From Patescibacteria group bacterium (GTDB lineage Bacteria > Patescibacteriota > Patescibacteriia > JACRDY01): a stretch of DNA of 64,000 bases. The stretch is taken from contig JBAZFH010000001.1 in assembly GCA_041653535.1 (NCBI GenBank), positions 150,175 through 214,174 of the forward strand, given 5' to 3'. This document shows, piece by piece, positions 58,149 to 64,000 of this stretch (its first letter is position 1; the number at the start of each line of letters is the position of its first letter). The position numbers and the translations under genes are program-made. The notes under the pieces are model-generated. The model had not been told where the DNA came from and did not search any database. It saw only the letters and a list, made by a program, of their open reading frames with translations.

Positions 58149-59633
58149 TTAGCTTAATTTTTCTTTTAGTAGTTTTTGTACGGTTTCAGGATTGGCTTTG
58201 CCTTTGGTTTCTTTCATTGCCAGACCAACGAAATACTGGAAAACGCTGCTTTTGCCGCTTTGATATTGTTGTACCTGTTCAGGGTTATTTTCTATAATTT
58301 TATCAATTACCGCGTTTAGTTCATCAACATTGTCGTTTTGCGACAGATCTTGTTCGTCCATGATATGGCTGGGATCGCCACCAGTATTAAACATGATTTT
58401 TAGTATTTTTTGAGCAGAGGAAGAGTTGACCTTGTTTTGGTAAATCAAAGTGATAAACTCGGCAAAATTTTCCGGAGTGATTTTTAGATTAGAAAAATCA
58501 GACTTGGATTCATTGGTTAGTTTGAAAAGTTCAGAGGTAACCCAACCGCCAACTAACTTTGTCATTTTTTTCTTGTTTGTACTCCAAATTTCTTCGTCGG
58601 TTCCTTCGACTCCTTCCAGTGAGCTAAGCCATTCGCGCAATTCGGAGACGGTGTTTTCAGTAAAAGAAGCTAAATGTTTATCGGCGGTGATTAATTTTGC
58701 ATCTTCATGACTAAAACCATATTCTAAAATAAAACGTTCGCGCTTTTTGACCGGTAGCTCTGGCAGTTGTGCCGTTATATTTTCGTAAAAGCTTTGGTCA
58801 AAGGTGATTGGCGGCAGATCTGGCTCGGGGAAGTATCGGTAATCATGGCTTTCTTCTTTACGGCGTTGAGACACGGTCCGTTGTTTAGCCTCATCCCAAC
58901 CTCGAGTTTCTTGGATTATTTTTTCACCTTTTTCTAGTAGCTCGGTTTGACGTTTGATTTCATAATCTATAGATCTTTCGACGGTACGGAAAGAATTAAG
59001 ATTTTTTATTTCTACTTTAGTGCCAAGTTTTTTAGTTTTTTCTGGTCGGACGGAAATATTTACTTCGCAGCGCATCTGACCTTTTTCCATGTCGGCGTCA
59101 GCTACGTTTAGGGTACGTAAAATCAGCTGTAACTCTTGGCAGAACATTTTGGTTTCCGGACCACTTTCCATATCCGGTTCGGTGACGAGCTCTACTAGTG
59201 GCGCGCCGGCACGGTTGAGGTCAACCAGACTGGATGTCTTGTCACTACTGTGTTTGAGCGAGCCAGTATCTTCTTCGAGATGAATATGATTGATACGGAT
59301 TTTTTTTTCATTGATGACAAGATATCCGCCTAGACACGGAGGATTGGCAGTCGAAGTGATTTGGTAGCCTTTTGGTAAATCCGGATAAAAGTAGTTTTTT
59401 CTTTCAAAATTAAACTTTGATGCCAGCTTGCAGTTTAAGGCTAAACCAACTAGGGCAGTCCGTTCAATTGCTTGTTTATTGATTACCGGCATGGCTCCGG
59501 GTTGAGCGGTGCAGACCGGGCAGATATTTTTATTCGGCTCATCCAGATCGACGTTGGCGCAAGAACAAAACATTTTTGATTTGGTTTTGAGGTGGAAGTG
59601 GATTTCCAGACCAATTGTAGGCAAATATTTCAT
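58149..59633 (-). CDS. gatB: Asp-tRNA(Asn)/Glu-tRNA(Gln) amidotransferase subunit B
   Basis: IGLEIH, RKNYFYPDLPKGYQI, HLEED, VEIKNLNS, YRYFPEPDL. Confidence 0.97.
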   Translation of the reverse strand: MKYLPTIGLEIHFHLKTKSKMFCSCANVDLDEPNKNICPVCTAQPGAMPVINKQAIERTALVGLALNCKLASKFNFERKNYFYPDLPKGYQITSTANPPCLGGYLVINEKKIRINHIHLEEDTGSLKHSSDKTSSLVDLNRAGAPLVELVTEPDMESGPETKMFCQELQLILRTLNVADADMEKGQMRCEVNISVRPEKTKKLGTKVEIKNLNSFRTVERSIDYEIKRQTELLEKGEKIIQETRGWDEAKQRTVSQRRKEESHDYRYFPEPDLPPITFDQSFYENITAQLPELPVKKRERFILEYGFSHEDAKLITADKHLASFTENTVSELREWLSSLEGVEGTDEEIWSTNKKKMTKLVGGWVTSELFKLTNESKSDFSNLKITPENFAEFITLIYQNKVNSSSAQKILKIMFNTGGDPSHIMDEQDLSQNDNVDELNAVIDKIIENNPEQVQQYQSGKSSVFQYFVGLAMKETKGKANPETVQKLLKEKLS

Positions 59634-59642
59634 AGTTATTTA

Positions 59643-59671
59643 ATTTTAGCATAAATAAAACGCGCGGGGAA
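59643..59671 (-). promoter_or_regulatory. Putative gatB promoter (TTCCCC-17bp-TAAAAT, extended TG)
   Basis: Same motif recurs at 63608-63635. Confidence 0.45.
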
Positions 59672-59748
59672 GAAGATTTTTAGTCCAATATTTTGAAATA
59701 AATCAAAAAAATTGTCTGTTGGCAACCGACTTTTTTCGTAAGTAATTA

Positions 59749-60423
59749 TTAAATTATTTTTTTGACCTCTTGCCAAACCAGCTCAGCAATTTTTTCTTTA
59801 GTCATTATTTGTCCATTTTCAACGCATTCGATTAGAGCAAATCCTGGGTAATTTTTTCCAATATCCAGATAAGTTTGTTCGGCAGCTTTTAGATGGTTGA
59901 TGTCATTTTCATGGATGTCGCGTTTTTTTTCTCCGATGTATTCACGTCGTCCTTTGCCGTCAACCATTTTTTGGGATATTTCCGCGGCAACATGGAGAAT
60001 AATATTGATGTCTGGTTTTGGTATTTTAAAAATTTCGTATTCTAGGTTATACAACCAGTCGAGATATTCTTTTCTTTTTTGGGCATCAATAAATTTTGCT
60101 CCTTGATGACCCATATTTGCCGCTACGTAGCGGTTGGAAACAATAATTTTTCCTTCAGCCAACCATCGACGCATATCAAAACTAGCAGCATATCTGTCGG
60201 TAGCGTAGAAAATAGAAGCTACTTTTGGATCAACATCATTTGTTCCGCCATATTTACCATTAAGATATTCTTCGACCAATCCGGCTGATTTTTGGCCGTA
60301 GCGCGGAAAGTCGGTTACTTCAACGTTATAACCGTCGGTTTTTAGTCGATTAACCAATATTTCCGTCTGAGTGGCTTTGCCTGAACCGTCAGTGCCATCG
60401 ATGACTATTAATTTTCCAACCAT
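59749..60423 (-). CDS. tmk: Thymidylate kinase
   Basis: IDGTDGSGKATQ, FPRY, FYATDR, NRY, PKPD. Confidence 0.9.
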   Translation of the reverse strand: MVGKLIVIDGTDGSGKATQTEILVNRLKTDGYNVEVTDFPRYGQKSAGLVEEYLNGKYGGTNDVDPKVASIFYATDRYAASFDMRRWLAEGKIIVSNRYVAANMGHQGAKFIDAQKRKEYLDWLYNLEYEIFKIPKPDINIILHVAAEISQKMVDGKGRREYIGEKKRDIHENDINHLKAAEQTYLDIGKNYPGFALIECVENGQIMTKEKIAELVWQEVKKII

Positions 60424-60434
60424 ATTTTTTTAAA

Positions 60435-61913
60435 TTATTCTGATTTTTTTTCGTTGTTTTGACGAGCGGCGTATGGATTGAAGACAAAATCTTTACGATC
60501 CATAGTGGCTGCCCAGGAAATACCGGTTTGATCCATGTCAACGCGGATGTATTTGGCTAGCAGTGGTTGGACGCTGTTCAATTTTTGCCAGCAGAGCTGA
60601 GCAATACGTCTGTATGAAGCGTGGCCTTTTTTGCCGCTACGTAGAGAGATAAAATGATGTAGTTCGCGTAAGTTCCAGGTAAATAGCGTCCGATGGCGAA
60701 AAGCTAGCGGTACCAAGTATCCGGCTTCAAAAGGAAACTTGGTACTGATTTTTTGGTAAGCGTCAGCAGCGGCATCCATGGCTTTTTTGTAATCATCGCC
60801 AAATCCAGCCTCGACAATTTCGTCCGGAGTTTCGTAGCCGTGAACAGCGGTGACTAATTGGTTAGTTTGCGTGCACATACGGTGACGTTGGACGTCGCGG
60901 AAAGCACCGTAGTCCATTAGGATGTCAAAAGTATAATAGATGTGTTCAAATTCACGTAAGGGCGCGTCAAAGGTAGCACGGCGATTCAGCGCCTCGTCGA
61001 TGATTTTTTCTTTTTGATTCGTTGTCATTTGCTTTACTTGTTCGATTATTTGCTGATAGGGAATGTCTGAGAAGCGGTAAAGCAGGGCGGCAATCAGTTT
61101 ATTCTCAGCGTCGGTGTCGTAGTCGACGATATTTACCGGTTCTTCGGTTGGTTGGATTTGTTTTCTATTAAATATTTCAGAAGCGATATTTTTCAGGGAT
61201 TTGCCGGTAGCTTTTTGGTATTCGTTAATATCGGCGAATTTGATCAATGTCGGCACTTCGGCAATGCCGGCATTTTTTATATCTTCGCCAATATTATTCA
61301 TTTCCTGGAGTGGATGAGAAAGTAGTTTGACTATCAAGTGTTCGAGCGTTCTGGCGTTCACTGTCATGCCAAGATTAGTTAGTGTACCGGCCGGCAGTAA
61401 GTAACGGGCGTTATCGCAGGTACGAGATTTGCAAACACTGGCATAAATTTTTTCGCCTTGTTCTGGAGTTGGCGGATATTTATTTTTAATAAACTCGCCT
61501 AACGGACCCATGATTTTTTCGTAAGTATCAAAAAGCAGATTGATAGTATTTTTGTATAAATCGGCAAATTCCGAGTTCATTATGTTTTCCGGGTAATAAC
61601 ATCGGTCGCGGGTAAAGATTTGATAGCGAGTAGATTTTTCAGTGAAAGAAGCGAGACGGCAATCCTCGATGATTTTGGTGGCAATAATAGAAACGTTTTC
61701 CATGGCAATGGAAAGGAAGGCATGTTCGGCAACAGAGGAATGGCCATAGCCGACTACCCACTTTTCATGAAATTCCGCTGATTTGGCTTCGGTTAGCTCT
61801 TTAGCAATTTCGTCAAAAGACTCTGGACTACGTGAACATTTGGCGAAAGTCACGGCGCGGACTTCGGGCATAAGTTCGTGGCTAAGAGTGTAGATACGGC
61901 GGACATTAGACAT
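60435..61913 (-). CDS. thyX: FAD-dependent thymidylate synthase, tandem two-domain form
   Basis: YGHSSVAEH, EKSTRYQ, ARYLLP, NAR in the first half; REFEH, RDVQRHR, NLRELHHFISLR in the second half. Confidence 0.88.
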   Translation of the reverse strand: MSNVRRIYTLSHELMPEVRAVTFAKCSRSPESFDEIAKELTEAKSAEFHEKWVVGYGHSSVAEHAFLSIAMENVSIIATKIIEDCRLASFTEKSTRYQIFTRDRCYYPENIMNSEFADLYKNTINLLFDTYEKIMGPLGEFIKNKYPPTPEQGEKIYASVCKSRTCDNARYLLPAGTLTNLGMTVNARTLEHLIVKLLSHPLQEMNNIGEDIKNAGIAEVPTLIKFADINEYQKATGKSLKNIASEIFNRKQIQPTEEPVNIVDYDTDAENKLIAALLYRFSDIPYQQIIEQVKQMTTNQKEKIIDEALNRRATFDAPLREFEHIYYTFDILMDYGAFRDVQRHRMCTQTNQLVTAVHGYETPDEIVEAGFGDDYKKAMDAAADAYQKISTKFPFEAGYLVPLAFRHRTLFTWNLRELHHFISLRSGKKGHASYRRIAQLCWQKLNSVQPLLAKYIRVDMDQTGISWAATMDRKDFVFNPYAARQNNEKKSE

Positions 61914-61966
61914 AAAATTGGGGCTAGGAATTAGGAGTTGGGAACTAGGATCTAGGAACTAGGAAT
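61914..61966 (+). repeat. Degenerate heptamer tandem array (7 units)
   Basis: aaaattg gggctag gaattag gagttgg gaactag gatctag gaactag; abuts the thyX start codon. Confidence 0.8.
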
Positions 61967-61994
61967 GCTAATAAATAAGGAAATTGAGAAATTG

Positions 61995-62024
61995 TCTCCC
62001 TTCGGGAGATGTCCCGAAGGGACA
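61995..62024. repeat. Tandem pair of mini-hairpins (REP-like)
   Basis: tctcccttcgggaga + tgtcccgaagggaca. Confidence 0.6.
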
Positions 62025-62044
62025 GAAATTAAGAAATAATTTTT

Positions 62045-62086
62045 ACTCTGGACTGTGGACTGTGGGCTCTGGACTTGGGATCCCGG
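62045..62086 (+). repeat. Heptamer tandem array (ACTSTGG-like, 6 units)
   Basis: actctgg actgtgg actgtgg gctctgg acttggg atcccgg. Confidence 0.75.
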
Positions 62087-62093
62087 ACCGATT

Positions 62094-62525
62094 TTATTTT
62101 CCGGTTGAGCCGTAGCCACCGCGACTGTTGCTTTGCATTTGATCAGTTTCTTCCCATTCGGTTTTATCGATACGGATAAAAACGGCTTGCCCGATGCGTT
62201 CGCCTCGGTCAATCGTTACTTTATTGTCCGTGAAATTATAGACTTGCAAAAGAATCTCGTCTTTTTCACCGCAATAGTCTTGATCAACTATACCCAGGCC
62301 GTGGGGAATTAGTAGACCTTTTCTTTTCGGTGTGCTGGAACGAGGAACTATTGCTAGCATATAGCCGGGAGGTGTTTCGATGATTAAGTTGGTGGGAATC
62401 ACGGAGACGGTTTTAGCAGGTATAGTCATGGCTGTCCTGCTATATAAATCAAAAGCTACCGACCCGGGAGTTTGATAGTCGGGTAGTGGCAAATCTTTTT
62501 CGATTCTCTTTATTTTAACTTTCAT
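62094..62525 (-). CDS. dut: dUTP diphosphatase
   Basis: AFDL, PRSS, GIVDQDY.G, RIGQ, RGGYGSTG. Confidence 0.95.
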   Translation of the reverse strand: MKVKIKRIEKDLPLPDYQTPGSVAFDLYSRTAMTIPAKTVSVIPTNLIIETPPGYMLAIVPRSSTPKRKGLLIPHGLGIVDQDYCGEKDEILLQVYNFTDNKVTIDRGERIGQAVFIRIDKTEWEETDQMQSNSRGGYGSTGK

Positions 62526-63075
62526 TGATTTTTTTTAATATCTTTTCGATTTGTTCTTGCAATTCTGCTAGAGTGCCGTTGTTGGTGATGGTAAGATTAG
62601 CGGTTTGACCAGTGGGGCCGATTTCGTTTTCGGCTTCGGCGTGTTGTTCAACTTGAAACTCAGCAAAGGTTTTGTTTTTATCATCGGTGTTTTCGCCACG
62701 GTCAATAATTCTTTGGTAGCGGATTTTTTCATCAGCCGTTAGGTAGATGAGGTAAAATCCGGGAATTTCTTTGAGATAGCTTATATCGGCCAGACGGCGA
62801 ACGCCGTCGACGGTAATAATTTGTGCTGGATCATTTTTTACGTCTTCAGCTATAACTTTGGCAAAAATATTTTCGTTAAAATTTTGCCGCAAGATCATCG
62901 AGAGATTTTGCATGTTTTTACGGTTGATCTCAAGATATAGGCGATCTAAAACATCTCGCAGGATGGTTGAGAAACGATAAGACGGAGCGTTGTATTTTTC
63001 TTTTAGATATTTGCAGGCGGTGCCTTTGCCGCTGACCATCTCACCGACAAAACCTAATATTATTTTTTTTGCCAT
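62515..63075 (-). CDS. P-loop nucleoside/nucleotide kinase (dephospho-CoA kinase-like fold)
   Basis: GEMVSGKGT Walker A, VDGVRR, RYQRI..RG, NNGTL. Confidence 0.8.
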   Translation of the reverse strand: MAKKIILGFVGEMVSGKGTACKYLKEKYNAPSYRFSTILRDVLDRLYLEINRKNMQNLSMILRQNFNENIFAKVIAEDVKNDPAQIITVDGVRRLADISYLKEIPGFYLIYLTADEKIRYQRIIDRGENTDDKNKTFAEFQVEQHAEAENEIGPTGQTANLTITNNGTLAELQEQIEKILKKINES

Positions 63076-63078
63076 ATT

Positions 63079-63570
63079 TTACATGTTATCGTAGTGAACC
63101 ATTTCTGAACTTAATAATTCATAAATCACTCCAGCTTGGGAAAAAATATCTTTACTACGTTCGCCGGCATGATAGTCAAATTCGCACACCACGCGTTTGA
63201 TACCGGAATTAATAATCATTTTGGCGCAGGTGTAACAAGGAGTCATTTTACAATAAAGAGTGCCGTTTTCTAAAGAGATGCCTAGACGGGCTGCTTGGCA
63301 GATAGCATTTTGTTCGGCGTGAGTAGTGCGGATGCAATGTTGACTTTCATGACCGTCGGGATGACGAACGACGTGAAATTCGTGACCGACTTCGTCGCAG
63401 TGATCGCAGCCAGAGGGTGAACCCACATAGCCGGTGACCAAAAGTTGTTTGTTTCTCGCAATGCAACAACCGCTTCTACCTCGATCACAAGTAGCACGAG
63501 CTGCCGCCGCGCGGGCAATACCCATAAAGTATTCATCCCATGATGGTCGCGTATAAGTGTTTTCTGACAT
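63079..63570 (-). CDS. dCMP deaminase (ComEB-like)
   Basis: RPSWDEYFM, HAEQNA, PCYTC. Confidence 0.92.
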   Translation of the reverse strand: MSENTYTRPSWDEYFMGIARAAAARATCDRGRSGCCIARNKQLLVTGYVGSPSGCDHCDEVGHEFHVVRHPDGHESQHCIRTTHAEQNAICQAARLGISLENGTLYCKMTPCYTCAKMIINSGIKRVVCEFDYHAGERSKDIFSQAGVIYELLSSEMVHYDNM

Positions 63571-63607
63571 AAAAAAAGAGATTAGTTTATAGCCTCCTAG
63601 TTAGTTT

Positions 63608-63635
63608 ATTTTATCAGAACGAAACGGGCGGGGAA
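63608..63635 (-). promoter_or_regulatory. Putative promoter of the dTTP operon
   Basis: TTCCCCGCCCGTTTCGTTCTGATAAAAT, resembles the motif upstream of gatB. Confidence 0.45.
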
Positions 63636-63640
63636 AGGGG

Positions 63641-63681
63641 ATAACTAAAAAATCCGCTTTTGCGGCGGATTTTTTAGTTAT
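63641..63681 (-). terminator. Intrinsic terminator downstream of rplA
   Basis: ATAACTAAAAAATCCGC-loop-GCGGATTTTTTAGTTAT. Confidence 0.85.
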
Positions 63682-63702
63682 AGATCGGTTATAGAAGTTG
63701 TT

Positions 63703-63999
63703 TTAAGCGGCATTGATACGAATGCCGGGACCCATAGCTGTGCAAACAGTAATACTTTTTATGTAAGTACCTTTAGACGATGATGGTTTGGCTTTTTTTA
63801 CCGACTCGATAAAGGCGTTGAAGTTTTCAGTCAGCTTTTCCTTGCCAAAAGAGACTTTGCCGATTATTTGGTGGATATTAGAAGTAGCATCGTTTTTGAA
63901 GGTAATTTTCCCTTTTTTCAATTCCTCGACTGTTTTTTTGATATTAGTGGTAATAGTTTCGTTTTTTGGCGATGGCATCAAGCCTCGAGTGCCGAGAAT
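63703..63999 (-). CDS. rplA: 50S ribosomal protein L1, C-terminal part (5'-truncated by window edge)
   Basis: ILGTRGLMPSPK, IGKVSF, KPSSSKGTYIK, MGPGIRI. Confidence 0.95.
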   Translation of the reverse strand: MLGTRGLMPSPKNETITTNIKKTVEELKKGKITFKNDATSNIHQIIGKVSFGKEKLTENFNAFIESVKKAKPSSSKGTYIKSITVCTAMGPGIRINAA

Positions 64000-64000
64000 T

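Noticed and set aside
61952-62212. 86-aa minus-strand ORF
   Set aside because: It overlaps dut out of frame and translates heptamer arrays (VQSPQSTVQS).

Overview
AT-rich, gene-dense bacterial chromosome segment that looks like Patescibacteria (CPR, probably ABY1/Parcubacteria type). This is inferred from T-rich leaders that mostly lack Shine-Dalgarno sites, a tRNA-Arg(GCG), a tandem-domain ThyX, a chromosomal PrgI/VirB4 locus and pilin-domain membrane proteins. The genetic code is standard (RF2 present, TGA used as stop). Housekeeping genes (prfB, tsaC, rsmA, recG, clpC, htpX, lemA, murI, rseP, pheS/T, dnaE, thrS, miaB, miaA, gatB, a dTTP-synthesis operon, rplA) surround two envelope loci. 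The first is a ~19.6 kb type IV secretion-like operon behind a perfect sigma70 promoter; it encodes a 2921-aa Cys-rich surface protein, VirB6-like, PrgI, split VirB4, VirB8-like and ComF proteins. The second is a pair of T4SS-pilin-domain genes sharing a 276-bp identical core but carrying different C-terminal payloads (an M15 peptidoglycan peptidase versus a Cys-rich domain). Also present: three tRNAs, a thrS T-box with an apparently ultrashort stem I, an unexplained ~270-nt candidate ncRNA between miaB and miaA, and many 7-nt-periodic repeats. No CRISPR array, integrase, transposase or rRNA was seen. Family assignments are from motif recognition by eye, not database searches.
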